NCBI GenBank assembly: GCA_951406725.2
Contig: OX597824.1
Location: 81,344,001 to 81,408,000 of the forward strand
DNA length: 64,000 nucleotides
Origin: Octopus vulgaris
Taxonomy: Eukaryota
Direction: 5' to 3'
Shown: one piece after another, positions 1 to 13,705 of the stretch
Position numbering within the stretch: the stretch's first letter is position 1
Layout of the letters: each line of letters begins with the position of its first letter
Notes under the pieces: model-generated
The model's input: only the letters and a program-made list of their open reading frames with translations
Database searches by the model: none
What the model was told of the DNA's origin: nothing
Position numbers and translations under genes: made by a program

Positions 1-214
1 TGCTAGTGTTCCCGTTGTTGTTGCTGTGGTTGTTTTTGCAGTTGGGCGTGGTGGGGAATGAGGATTTAGTAGCTGATGGTGTTAAGTATGTTGTTAAATG
101 ATACGTTGTAGTTAGTGGTGTAGTTAGTTGTGGTAATGTTGTAGTTAGTGATTTCATAACATTGGTGTTCTTATTGCTATTGTTATCTTTACTGTTGTAT
201 TGGTACTAATACTA

Positions 215-258
215 AGATAATAGTGTTTTTGTTGTTGTTGTTGTTGTTGATGATGATA

Positions 259-289
<31 letters not shown>

Positions 290-377
290 CGACGACGACG
301 ACGACGATGATGATGATGATGATGATGATGATGTAGATGATGATGATGATGATGATGACGATGAGGATGATGATGTA

Positions 378-409
<32 letters not shown>

Positions 410-422
410 CGACGACGACGAC

Positions 423-459
<37 letters not shown>

Positions 460-837
460 TAGATGAAGATGATGAGGATGATGGTGATGCTGTTGATAAC
501 GATGACGATGATGACGTTGAGGCCAGTGAGATGATCATGATGATGATGATGATGATGTGGTGATGATCATGATGATAAGATGATGTCTTGCTGTTGAGGA
601 TGGTGATAAATGATGATGATGATGATGATGGAAGATGACGATGATGATGACGTTGTAGATGATGACGATGATGACGACGATGATAATGATAATGATGACA
701 AAGACAATGATGTTCTGCTGTTGATAATGATGATGGTGATGATAATAAAAGATGATGATGATGATGATGACGACGACGATAATGATGACGATGCAGTTGA
801 TAATGATGATGATGTTGGTGAAAATTGATGATGCTAT

Positions 838-874
<37 letters not shown>

Positions 875-880
875 ATTGTA
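215..880. repeat. (GAT)n/(GAC)n trinucleotide microsatellite complex
   Basis: Long GAT runs with GAC interruptions; source of the poly-Ser/His/Asp ORFs. Confidence 0.95.
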
Positions 881-1571
881 AGTTGTTGGTGGTATTAGTT
901 GCATTTATATCATTGTTGCCGTTGTTCTTGTTATCGTTGAAACCGGTATTTATTTCTGCTGTTACATTTTATTAGTAATCCGTTGATGGTTATGATGACG
1001 CCATTTTGCAGCATTATTACTAATCGCATAAGCGCTAGTATAGGCACCAGCATCGATGCTGTCGACGATGAGGTCGGCGATAGCAGTACTACCACTGTTT
1101 GCAATTACCGGTGTTGGAGGTAGTGGCGGTACCGTTCTTATTCATTTCCATACAGGTAGTAAGGTAGTAGTAGTAGTAAGGGCAATACTGATACTGGTGT
1201 TGACACCGTCGTTGCAGCTGCTGATAGTGTTGCTCTCGTTCTATTTGTTCATGTTGTTGTTCTTGTTGTAACGCATTTACTATTCTTCCGATGTGGTTGC
1301 ATTCTAACACCTTCCGCCTTCCGCAACTTCGCAGTCAAATTGAATAATGTCAACATTATTGCATTTTCATTGAAAATGTTTACTAAAAACTGACAATGTG
1401 TACAACGGCTTTTCATCAAACTTAATTTAGCTTTGAAATTAATGAGGTCACAGGAGGTGTGGCACACATTTATACATTTAACAGCGGGTGTCAGTGGTTG
1501 TATATACATGTGTGGACATACACATACAACACACACAAACATGTATACATTTATTAGTACTGATGCAATTC

Positions 1572-1625
<54 letters not shown>

Positions 1626-1715
1626 ATGTGTGTATGTATACATATGAAATATTCACATAGATGTGTTACATATATATATTCATATATATATATATAATGC
1701 AGATTTGTGTATTTT

Positions 1716-1779
<64 letters not shown>

Positions 1780-2163
1780 TATAATTTTAATATAATATAA
1801 TATAAACGATATCCATGCTTGTGTATATGTACGTGTAAGTATGTGTGTACATCACGAGAAAATATGTGTGTATATGTGTAAATCCGTGCATGTATGTATC
1901 TGTCTCTCTCTCCTTCTGTGTATACATAGATGTGAACACACATATAAACATACACACACATATGTGAAAATATATATATGTATATTTATTTGTATGCCTC
2001 TGTATATATATATATATATATATATATGTAGGTCCCGGGTTGATTCGGGGTTAACCACAGTAAGTAAGGTACTCAATACATAGCAGAGTAAAATTAATTT
2101 ATTATTCCTGAAGATTTCTCTTGAATGAAACAGTACTAGTCCTGTAGAAGCTCCTTCTATATA

Positions 2164-2206
<43 letters not shown>

Positions 2207-2957
2207 TTTATAGAATTAGATTGATTATCAATTAGTGGGTCATGTATACGTATGAAATGTGTGTTCATATGTTTATGATGTGCGTTTAGTATGTATGTAC
2301 GAACGTATGCATGAATATATAGATATGCATGTAAATGTGTCTAAACGCATATTTTTACGTTTCTGTACGGTTGGCGGCGTAGATCTGTTTACATTAGATG
2401 TATATACATGCTTCGGTATTCATACATAGTACAAGAGTATTTCATATTTGGTTTGTCTGTTTGTATGGGTTTATATCTAGTTGATGTGTATGTATGCAAG
2501 CTTGTATAAGATAGATGTATATACACTAGCATATATAAATTAATGATTACATTTTTCCGTACACTTCCCTCGATATATATATATATATATATATATGTTT
2601 GTGTGTGTGTGTGTGTGTGTGTTTGTGTGTGTGTGTGCGTGAGTGTGTGCGTACGTTTAAACGACGGAACGTTCATTGGCGAATCATTCAAACCATTTAA
2701 ACTATAATTTAAATGCTTTGAAGTCAAGTCGTCTAAACTGAAAATTGGTAACCATATATTCTTGTAGAAAATGCGTGCGTGCGCGCAAGCACACACACAA
2801 ACACAGACACTGACGTAGACACATATACACACACAGCATATATATGTATGTACGTATATATATATACATATGTATATAAACATATATGCATATACATACA
2901 TATATACACACACATACATATAAATATATATATATATATACTATAGAAACTTTTTAC

Positions 2958-3142
2958 AATGCGCCCTTTTAAAACCTAGCCAGGCACATGGGCTCGGGTT
3001 CCCGGTTTCCAGGTGAGTGGACTGGAGCAACGTAAAATGAAGTGTTTTGCCCAAGAACACAACGCGTCGCCGGTCCAGGAATTGAAACCACAATCTTACA
3101 ATCATGATGCTGACACCCTAACCACGAAGCCACGTGCCTCCA
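2958..3142 (-). mobile_element. tRNA-headed SINE, family D (CORE-like domain)
   Basis: Reverse complement begins TGGAGGCACGTGGCTTCGTGGTTAGGG, has B-box GGTTTCAATTCC and GTTCTTGGGCAAAACACTTCATTT; matches 52011-52274. Confidence 0.85.
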
Positions 3143-3228
3143 CTATATATGTATATATACTATAGGTATACATATATGTATGTATATATATATATGTATG
3201 TATACATATATATATATATATATATATG

Positions 3229-3271
<43 letters not shown>

Positions 3272-3729
3272 GAAATATTAAAATTACTAAGTCTCTATAA
3301 GAATATATCTTATATCTATAAGAATGCCATATTAATATGGCGATAACAATATATATATATATATATATATACACAAATGTTTTTGTGGGCGTGTGCATGT
3401 GTGTGTATTAATGTATTTATGTATGAGGATTATGTGTATACCGGTTTCAAATATTAGTACAATGTGAGAAATTTGATGGGAGCGGGAAAATCGATTAAAT
3501 CGACCCTTCTGGTCAGCTAGCATTTATTTTATGAATTCCTAAATGATGAAAAGCAAAGTCGATCTCCTGGAATTTGAACGCAGATCTTGTTAATAACTCT
3601 GTCAGCCTGCTGCCTTATATGTTTATATATATGTATTAGATATAGTTTTTATCTTGGTTTTACAAAATTCTTGGTATGAAATCGTGTGTTGAAGAACGTC
3701 AAGTTGTAGGTTTAAGGGTTACCAGTTTG

Positions 3730-4985
3730 TTTTCTACTCTAGGCACAAGGCTCGAAATTTTTTGGGGAGGTGGCCAGTCGATTAGATCGACCCCAGTAAG
3801 CAACTGGTACTTCATTTATTAACCCCGAAAGGATGGAAGGCAATGTCAACCTCGGCGGAATTTGAACTCAGAATGTAAAGACAGATGAAATACTGCTAAG
3901 CCTAGCGTGCTAACGTTTCTTATTTCTTTACTGCCCACAAGGGGCTAAACATGGAAGGGACAAACAAGGACAGACAGGGAGATTAAATGGATTTCATCGA
4001 CCCCAGTGAGTAACTGGTACTTAATTTATCGACCCCGAAAGGATGAAAGGCAAAGTCGACCTCGGTAGAATTTGAACTCAGGACGCAAAGACAGGTAAAA
4101 TACCGCTAAACCCAGCGTACTAACGTTTCTTATTTCTTTACTGCCCACAAGGGTCTAAATATGGAAGGGACAAACAAGGACAGACAAGGGGATTAAATGG
4201 ATTTCATCGACCCCAGTGAGTAACTGGTACTTAATTTATCGACCCCGAAAGGATGAAAGGCAAAGTCGACCTCGGTAGAATTTGAACTCAGAACGTAAAG
4301 ACAGGTGAAATACCGCTAAACCCAGCGTGCTAACGTTTCTTATTTCTTTACTGCCCACAAGGGGCTAAACATAGAAGGGACAAACAAGGACAGACAAGAA
4401 GATTAAATGGATTTCATCGACCCCAGTGAGTAACTGGTACTTAATTTATCGACCCCGAAAGGATGAAAGGCAAAGTCGACCTCGGTAGAATTTGAACTCA
4501 GAACGCAAAGACAGGTGAAATACCGCTAAACCCAGCGTGCTAACGTTTCTTATTTCTTTACTGCCCACAAGGGGCTAAACATAGAAGGAACAAACAAGGG
4601 CAGATAAGGAGGTTAAATGGATTTCATCGACCCCAGTGAGTAACTGGTACTTAATTTATCGACCCCGAAATGATGAAAGGCAAAGTCAACCTCGGTAGTA
4701 TTTGAACTCAGAACGTAAAGACAGGTGAAATACCGCTAAACCCAGCGTGCTTACGTTTCTAATTTCTTTACTGCCCACAAGGGGCTAAACATAGAAGGGA
4801 CAAACAAGGACAGACAAGGAGATTAAATGGATTTCATCGACCCCAGTGAGTAACTGGTACTTAATTTATCGACCCCGAAATGATGAAAAGCAAAGTCGAC
4901 CTCGGTAGAATTTGAACTCAGAACGTGAAGACAGGTGAAATACCGCTAAGCCCAGCGTGCTAACGTTTCTGCAAGCTCGCCGCCT
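3730..4985 (-). mobile_element. Head-to-tail array of SINE family B: five 210-bp units plus one unit with an alternative tail
   Basis: (T/A)ATTTCTTTACTGCCCACAAGGG recurs at 3921, 4131, 4341, 4551, 4761 (period 210); only the last unit keeps the 5' head (GCTCGCCGCC on +). Confidence 0.95.
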
Positions 4986-5161
4986 TATGAGGGTTATCAT
5001 ATTGCGAATAACATCGTGCGCAATAGTTTTTAATTTAATTTTTTTCTTTGTTTTTGGTTTTACTTAATTAACTATTTAGTTAACTAATCAAATCCTTGAT
5101 AAATATATTGATCATTTATTCAATCAATAAGTTGCTTCAATCAATCATTTCATCCCAGCAT

Positions 5162-5595
5162 GTGACCTTGTCGATGAGTTATACTTACCGTTACTTCTTG
5201 CTGCTAATTTGCACGCCGTAGTACTTGTTCCAGAAACTGATTATCCTCTGTTTGCTTGGGTATTTATAGATAATAAGCTGAAATAATCAAAACACCCCAT
5301 TTAAACATTAAACCAACAACCACGACTAACTAACTACTGAGCACTGGCACGCATGAGCGAACAGCAGATGATGCACACATACTCTGGGAAACACAGACTA
5401 CATATACAAGCATATGATGATGAAACAAAAAGCAAAAGACACGTCATCTCCCAACACATACACACATAGGCACACATGCATACAAATACGTAGTTAAAAT
5501 ACCAGTAACTACAAATCGAATACCGAGACTAAAACTGAGTAATTACTTGGTACTAATTACAAAACTACTTCCTGACACGCTATCGACAAGGTTAC
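5162..5595. mobile_element. Candidate inverted-repeat-bounded element (MITE or solo LTR)
   Basis: GTGACCTTGTCGAT (5162-5175) vs ATCGACAAGGTTAC (5582-5595), 13/14 inverted match; TATAAATACC on minus strand near 5260; no TSD seen. Confidence 0.4.
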
Positions 5596-5720
5596 TTCGT
5601 ATAACGAGAAGACGGTAAAACTCTAGGAGGTACATTAAATGATTGGTTAAACTACTTGTTTAGGTAACTAGTTAACTACGGTGATAATAATAATAACGAC
5701 GAAGTGATATGTAACCAGTA

Positions 5721-5933
5721 TTCTTTTACTTGTTTCAGTCATTTCACAGTGGCCATGCTGGAGCACCGCCTTTAGGTGGAGCAAATCGACTCCAGGACTT
5801 ATTCTTTGTAAGCCTAGTACTTATTCTATCGGTTTCTTTTACCGAACCGCTAAGTTACGAGGAGGTAAACACACCAGCATCGGTTGTCAAGCGATGTTGG
5901 GGGGAAAAATACAGACACACACAAACATACAGA

Positions 5934-5993
<60 letters not shown>

Positions 5994-6164
5994 CAGATAT
6001 ACGACGGGCTTCTTTCAGTTTCCGTCTACCAAATCTACTCACAAGGCTCTGGTCGGCCCGAGGCTATAGTAGAAGACACCTGCCCAAGATGCCACGCAGT
6101 GGGACTGAACCCGGGACCATTTGGTTGGTAAGAAAGCTCCTTACCACACAGCCACTCCTACGCC
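5721..6164 (-). mobile_element. SINE family A (tRNA head, CORE-like domain, internal (TA)n(TG)n, AAAGAGT-type tail)
   Basis: Colinear with copies at 24482, 29901, 40617, 43216, 53149. Confidence 0.92.
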
Positions 6165-7462
6165 TAGTCTGTTGTCAGTTCAAATCTTTCAACGATTTTA
6201 TAGTTTTATAACCATTCATAAAATGCGTTTTCAAGGCAAATCAGCAGTTTTCGTGGAGAAAGTTCAATCGTCTTTTTCTTTTTTGTATCGTCTTAGATCT
6301 AACTTCCATGACCATCTTCATCATGATCACTCCTATCACTCTCTATAATAAAACCAATACTATATCGTATCAGATTCATAATGGTGAGCAGTGCTATGAA
6401 AGAGGACCACATCATAAAATATGGAATTAATGTTTTAATTACCGTGACATTATAGAATTCTTAGAAATTATAGGAGTATGTTTGAATTCCTGTTGATATA
6501 CTGTAGTGTTTGGCTATTCTAAAAGGATATTTATGAATATATAGGCTTAACTTGACGCCTAGCAAGTCAGTTACAGCAACATTTGTATCAGCCGTGATCG
6601 TTAGATCTAATTTAAGAATTAGATCTAGGACGCTTTCATAAATCTATCTAAATCATAACCATTTATATTACGCTACACAATTAGGCCATCGTCTCGGTAA
6701 TTGCCTCTTGTAATTAATGGTAACTCTATTAAAAATATAGGCCCAGTAACTTTGCTTAGATCAAACCCGTCTTAAGAAGGCGATGGAAATATCAAAACAC
6801 TCAACACTGTTCTTTTCAATCGAAAACAAGTTTTATCAAAATGACAATATTATAGATATTCTTGCATGCATAACAATCTTAATGTGATTTACTTATTGAA
6901 GCAAAATTAATAGGAATATCTAAGGCTGCATAGAAAAGTAATTTCATTATGTTGGGGTAAAATTATAGTATATATTATTCTCGGTATGATTGCAACATAT
7001 TAAAATCTAAGATGTTATTACTGATTGGCCAAACGTCCTTTCTAGAAGACTCAATCAACTTATATGTCAGTTTACAAATGAAATTTTCTTTATGGTGATC
7101 CAATGAGGCGAAGGGTTAATGGGTAGATAAATATTGCTATCCGTCAACTCGATAAAGTTCTGGAATTTATTTAGTTTCTACGGATTAAGAACTGTGTGTT
7201 TTATTGTCAGTTATTTTATACAAATGTTAGCGATAACATGAGGCAATGATATTTCGTGTATGATTTGTTGTTGGCTTTATACAGATTTTTACGGCTATCT
7301 GATGAAAACTTAACAACTGCTAAAATAAAAGATTGAAAGCTATTTTATAGGCTTGAGACTAATTTCAAAAGTTCGAACTTTCTGACAATTATTGTGATAA
7401 GTTAACAAGAAATTTCGAAATGCTTCCACGCCATTTTATTTGGAAGGCATTTCCGCGAAGTA

Positions 7463-7463
<1 letters not shown>

Positions 7464-7546
<83 letters not shown>

Positions 7547-7547
7547 G

Positions 7548-7618
<71 letters not shown>

Positions 7619-7712
7619 GTTTGACTGTCTGTCTTTCTCTTTCTCTCTCCCTTTTCATCCATCCATCCATCTATCTTTCTATTTTTCTATCTGACTATCT
7701 ATCTATCTATCA

Positions 7713-7791
<79 letters not shown>

Positions 7792-8065
7792 AATCTATCT
7801 ATCAGTCTACCTGCCTGCTTCCCTGTCTGTCTGTCTCTCTCTCTGTCTCTCTGTCTCTCTCTCTTTCTCTCTCTCTCCATGAATCAATCCAACTGTCTGC
7901 CTGCCTACCTGCTCTCTGTCTGACTGTCTCTCTCTCTATTTCTCTCTCACTCACTCTCTGCCTCCATCTACCTATTTATCTATCTATCTGTCTGTCTGTC
8001 TGTCAGTCTGTCTTTCTGTCTGTCGGTCTGTCTGTCTGTCGTTTGTCTGTCTGTCTGTCAGTCTA
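7464..8065. repeat. (TATC)n/(TCTG)n/(TC)n compound microsatellite
   Basis: Direct reading. Confidence 0.95.
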
Positions 8066-8218
8066 TGCATCGGGTTATATGTGTGGTTCCCTACATAGAT
8101 AGAGATGTACTAATTTAAAGAAACAAGAATAAACTTTTAGTTCAAAATACTTTATAAAAGGTTTTCAATATTACTAATATTGAAAAATAACTATAAGAAT
8201 ATATACGTTCATGAATGG

Positions 8219-8283
<65 letters not shown>

Positions 8284-8569
8284 CATGCATGCATATACAT
8301 GCCTATATGCGTGCATACATATAAACGTACGTACATACTTACATACATAACTACTTACATACATACAAGCATATAAATACATATACATATATATATATTC
8401 ACAGCCGCTCAACCAAATAGATATATAATTGTGCCGATGGCGGCGGGAGTGGTGACTGAGTAAAATGCGACTCGTGTATTTCCGCACCTACGAATTAAGC
8501 TTTTTGTTCACAGTTTGCAACTTTACATTCCATATATATGCAGGTGCACAATATTCAAACGGTATATAA

Positions 8570-9000
<431 letters not shown>

Positions 9001-9985
9001 GAATTATAAAAAAAATCATAAAACAAACGAATGCAATGCGAAAGCCAGAGCTTGTTGTTATTTTTATTTAATATTTATTTACTGAAATAGAATTTTTTTT
9101 TTCATTGACGATTGTTTTTTTCTTTTTTTACATTTGCAAATCTTATATGACATTTCCGTTTTCACATCTATCCTGCACTTCTCTTTTATATTACAATTCT
9201 TTGCTTACCATTTCCTTTAGATATACGCAACACACACTGTACAGCAAAACACAACAAAAACACCATCACCACCAACAACAACAACACATATTACGCGTTA
9301 TTATAAGCCTCTGTGTTTGCGTCGTTTTTTTCTTTTTCCTGTTTATTGTTTTCATGTTTTTTCCTCTCTCTATAGCATGTCACATCCTTCACTTCTCTCG
9401 TCAGTTTTAATGGATTTGCGCCCATTTACAGGAAGTTAAAGACGACTGGTGTGCAATTTAATGGTAATTATTCTATCCAGTGACATACACCTGAATAAAA
9501 TTTTTTGGTGTCGATGGCAGTGGAAGGGGTTTCAATTTACCATTCCTTGCTTTGGATTTTCGTTGAATAAATGCTTTTTATTTCTTCAGATGGATGCGTT
9601 TGTTTTACATTTTGATATATATATATATATGAAAAAAATAAAATGTCTGTAAAGCAAACTACATTCCAAAGATGTTGATCGAAATTCAGAAAGTTTTAGT
9701 AATACAATAAAAGAAGGTGTGGAATACAGGTGTGTGGAGATTTTTCAGTATATTTCAATGAGTAAAGGGAGATGGAAACACACACATACACACATACACA
9801 CACAGACATATGTGTGTGTATACATACACACACACATATATACACACACACATAAATGCACATGCACACACACACATATATATATATATATAAATATATA
9901 CATGTATGGTGCATGTGCGTTTATGTGTGTGTGCGTGTGTATACATATATATTAATATTATATAATATAATGATATATATATATA

Positions 9986-10017
<32 letters not shown>

Positions 10018-10105
10018 GATAGATAGATACATATGTATGTGTGTGTATGTGTTTGAATGTATGTATGTACGTATAGATATGTTTATATATGTAAATATTT
10101 ACAAC

Positions 10106-10166
<61 letters not shown>

Positions 10167-10884
10167 GCACATACATATATTATATATGCCATGTACATGT
10201 CAAATATCTGAATACACACATGCACAGGCACCCACACACTCACGCATATATATATATATATACATACAAACATAAATATATATATGCGTATAAAAATATG
10301 TGTGTATATGTATATCATTATATTATATGATATTAATATATATGTATACACACACGCAAATACACATACAGACACCAACATAAATACATACCTAGAAAAA
10401 AAAAACTATTTCGAAGTTACAGAATATGCGCTTCTCCCATCGATATCAAAATTTTATCGTAATTGTTGTTAGTTACTCTTGTATTTTTTAATCTTTTCTT
10501 CTTTATAATTCTTCGTTTCGTTCCTTTTATTGTTCCAGCTTTTTCTCTTTTCCCATTTGTTTCTACATCGAGACTATTTCTTATTGTTCCATATATTGTT
10601 GACTCTTTCTTTATGTAATCTTTAGATTTTACCAAGTTTCCGCTTTCTCTGTTTCGTTTTTCGCCTTAGTGTCGATAATATTCGTTGTTGAATTTTAATA
10701 TATTTTTTTTATTGATTTGTACATCATTTGTATGATTTGTAGATTAATGTTTGTATAAAATTAATACAGAATATATTGTCATATAAATAAGATACAACAC
10801 GCTTATACACATGAATGTAGTGACGTACATACATATACTTACATATAAATACATGAATATTGGAATGTATGTATTCTTACAGGG

Positions 10885-11180
10885 AAGGCGCACGGCTTAG
10901 AGGTTAGATAGTCAGGTTCACAATCATGGGGTAGTGTGTTTCATTCCTGGATCAGGAATGTTGTTTTCCTGAGCACAACACTTCATTTCATGCTCATTTC
11001 ATTGCTCATGCCGCTGTAGAAAATGAGTGGTAACATTACAGGTGCGAAGCTGTGATAGCCTTTGTCCATCCCTTGGATAACATCGGTGGCATAGAGAGGG
11101 GTGAATGCTGGTTTTCAATAAGCAATCTTGCCCGGACTTGTGCCACGGAGGGGAACTTTCTAGGTACTATCTCATGGCCA
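10885..11180 (+). mobile_element. SINE family D-related copy, diverged
   Basis: GGCGCACGGCTTAGAGGTTAG head, CCTGAGCACAACACTTCATTTCA; 3' part resembles 20030-20230. Confidence 0.7.
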
Positions 11181-11386
11181 TATATATATATAATATATAT
11201 ATGTTAAAATTTATTTTCATAGATATAATAAATATTTATATCTATTTATTCCAGAATATATTTGTTAAGATATCTCATGTTTGTATTTTATGATATATTA
11301 TTGTATTTTGTTCAATTTTTATTGTAAATTTACGTAAGATTATATACGTATATTTTTTTATTTAATTATTTTGTTGTTTTTACCTG

Positions 11387-11469
11387 GGACCTGAAGAGTG
11401 GGTATATTTAAATTGAATTGATTTTACTGTTATTAGTTTGTAAATATAACCACGAAACACGTGTGGTCT
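11387..11469 (+). ncRNA. Minimal type I hammerhead ribozyme motif, probably inactive (GUG at cleavage triplet)
   Basis: GGAC-CTGAAGA-GTGGGTATATTTA...TAAATATAACCAC-GAAA-CACGTG-T-G-GTCT: core boxes, stem II, palindromic stem III and stem I all pair. Confidence 0.7.
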
Positions 11470-11634
11470 TTTTACTAATTAAATACTATTTATTCATTAT
11501 TTTGTACTTTACTTAAATATTGGTATATGTTTTATCGTAAATGTTATTTGTTCTACATGGTATAATTTAATTATATCATTATTTCATTGTTGAATTGATA
11601 ATTTATATATATATAAATATATGCGTTTAGATAT

Positions 11635-11810
11635 TCTTTTACACGTCTCATTCATTTGACTGCGGCTATGCTGGAGCACCGCCTTTAGTCGAACAAATCT
11701 ACCCCAGAAGTTATTCGTTGTAAGTCTAGTCCTTATCCTATCGGTCTCTTTTTCCCAACCACTTAGTTTCGGGGACATAAACACTCCAAAATTACATCAG
11801 TTGTCAAGTG
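11635..11810 (-). mobile_element. SINE family A 3' fragment
   Basis: GCTATGCTGGAGCACCGCCTTTAGTCGA... matches the family A 3' half. Confidence 0.8.
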
Positions 11811-12085
11811 GGCGAATAAGGTAGACTGAAACTCGTCATATTCGTGTATTCGTGTGTATGTGTGTGTGAGTATGCGTGTGTGACTGTTGCTGTGTTGATC
11901 CTTCATCCGACCGTTTGACAACCTGTCTCCTAATAACTTAGCGATTGAATACGTAGATTGAGACCGTTTGAATATGCAGTCGACTTAAAAGATACGTACT
12001 GGGGTTGACTTGTTCGAGTAAAACCCTTCAACGGGATGCCCTGATTCGGCCGCACTCTAGTTACAGCTTTAGTGAAATATAAAAA

Positions 12086-12154
12086 CGTAGCTCATTTAGT
12101 TAGAGCGTCGTGCTAATAATGCAAGTGTCGTGGGTTCGAGCCTGCTACTGACCA
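12086..12154 (+). pseudogene. tRNA-Ile(AAT) pseudogene lacking the 5' acceptor strand
   Basis: TAGCTCATTTAGTTAGAGCGTCGTGCT-AAT-AATGCAAGTGTCGTGGGTTCGAGCCTGCTACTGACCA closely follows the metazoan tRNA-Ile-AAT pattern; no 5' partner for ACTGACC and mismatched stems. Confidence 0.75.
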
Positions 12155-12894
12155 ATATTTCTTCACGGTGGTGCTCCAGCATGACCAATGTCTCATGGCT
12201 GAAACGAATAGAAGTATGAAACAAAAAATAGAAGAAAAGAATATGCTGATATTTGGGCTTTAAATAGCCCTTGTGAAGAGACTAACCGTTATGAAGGAAT
12301 GGAGGGGTGCAATACAGGCGGACTGAAATAGTTTAATTAAAGAATTAGCGTTGCGTAATAGTTGTCTGTTGTTGAGGGTGAGTTTATTTTATTTTATTTT
12401 GTTCTTTTTTGAACAACAAAGACCCATTAATTCACGAATTTTAGATATCGCCGTTCGTGGCTTTATTGATATCCATTATGTCTTGATTTCAATCTCTATC
12501 AAAGTTATGTAATCTAAAATTGGAAATTTGAGAATTATAGAGGCCATCCGGATTAATGAAGCTAAGTTCCGTCATGAACAACGGAAACAACTAAATTAGC
12601 TAATTTTGCACTAGTAATCTGTCTATGATTCAGTTTCCGTATTCTTACACGTTTGAGCAGATCAGAGCAAGGCTGAGCTTTCATTTTCTCTTGATAAGGA
12701 CATTCTAGTGCAGAGATATCGAACTATAATATTGCTTTCAAGTTTTAGCGCAAGGGAAGCAATTACAGGGCTGGCGATTAGTCGATTACATCACCCCTCA
12801 TTACTCGACTGGTACTTACTTTCTCGATCTCGAAAGAATGAAAGGCAAATCGACTCCGGCGTTGTTCGAAATAAGAACATAAAGACGAAATACC

Positions 12895-13125
12895 TATTTC
12901 TTTATTACCCACAAGGGGCTAAACACAGAGGGGACAAACAAGGACAGACATATGTATTAAGTCGATTACATCGACCCCAGTGCGTAACTGGTACTTAATT
13001 TATCGACCCCGAAAGGATGAAAGGCAAAGTCAACCTCGGCGGAATTTGAACTCACAACGTAACGCATACGAAATACCGCTAAGCATTTCACCCGGCGTGC
13101 TAACGTTTCTGCCAGCTCGCCGCCT
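12895..13125 (-). mobile_element. Full-length SINE family B inserted in an older family B copy (about 12735-13195)
   Basis: 16-bp TSD ATAAAGACGAAATACC at 12879-12894 and 13126-13141. Confidence 0.9.
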
Positions 13126-13199
13126 ATAAAGACGAAATACCGCTAAGCATTTTGCATGACGTGCTAACAATTCTACCAGTTCGATGTCTTTACCGAAAT

Positions 13200-13705
13200 A
13201 TCTTTTCTACTCAAGGCACAAGACCCGAAATCTTTTGGGAGGGTGCCAGTCGATAAGATCGATCCCAGTACGCAACTGCTACTTAATTTATCGAACCCGA
13301 AAGAATAAAAGGCAAAGTCGACGTCGGTGGAATTTGAACTCAGAACGTGAGGACAGATGAAATACCTATTTCTTTACTACCCACAAGGGGCTACACACAG
13401 AGGGGACAAACAAGGACAGACAAACGGATTGAGTCGATTATAAGATTGAGTCGATTTAATCGGCCCCAGTGCGTAACTGGTACTTATTTAATCGGCCCCG
13501 AAAGGATGAAAGGCAAAGTCTACCTCGACGGAATTTGAACTCAGAACGTAGCGACAGACGAAATACCGCTAAGTATTTCGCCCGGCGTGCTAACGATTCT
13601 GTCTGCTCATTCTGAGTTCAAATTCCGCCGAGGTCGACCTTGCCTTTCATCCTTTCGGGGTCGATAAATTAATTACCAGTTATGTACTGGGGTTGATCTA
13701 ATCGA
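13200..13705. mobile_element. SINE family B dimer (minus) followed by an inverted family B fragment (plus, 13610-13705)
   Basis: Junction GAAATACC|TATTTC at 13366/67; 13610-13700 is the reverse complement of about 13455-13545. Confidence 0.85.

Noticed and set aside
212-904. 230-aa poly-His/Ser ORF and the many YIYI, IIII and LSIY ORFs in the track
   Set aside because: Translations of microsatellites; no domain or splice support
6602-6627. 11-bp perfect hairpin TAGATCTAATT/AATTAGATCTA
   Set aside because: Short and AT-rich; plausible by chance
13425-13500. A>G differences as a footprint of ADAR editing before retroposition
   Set aside because: Changes are T>C on the SINE sense strand and too few
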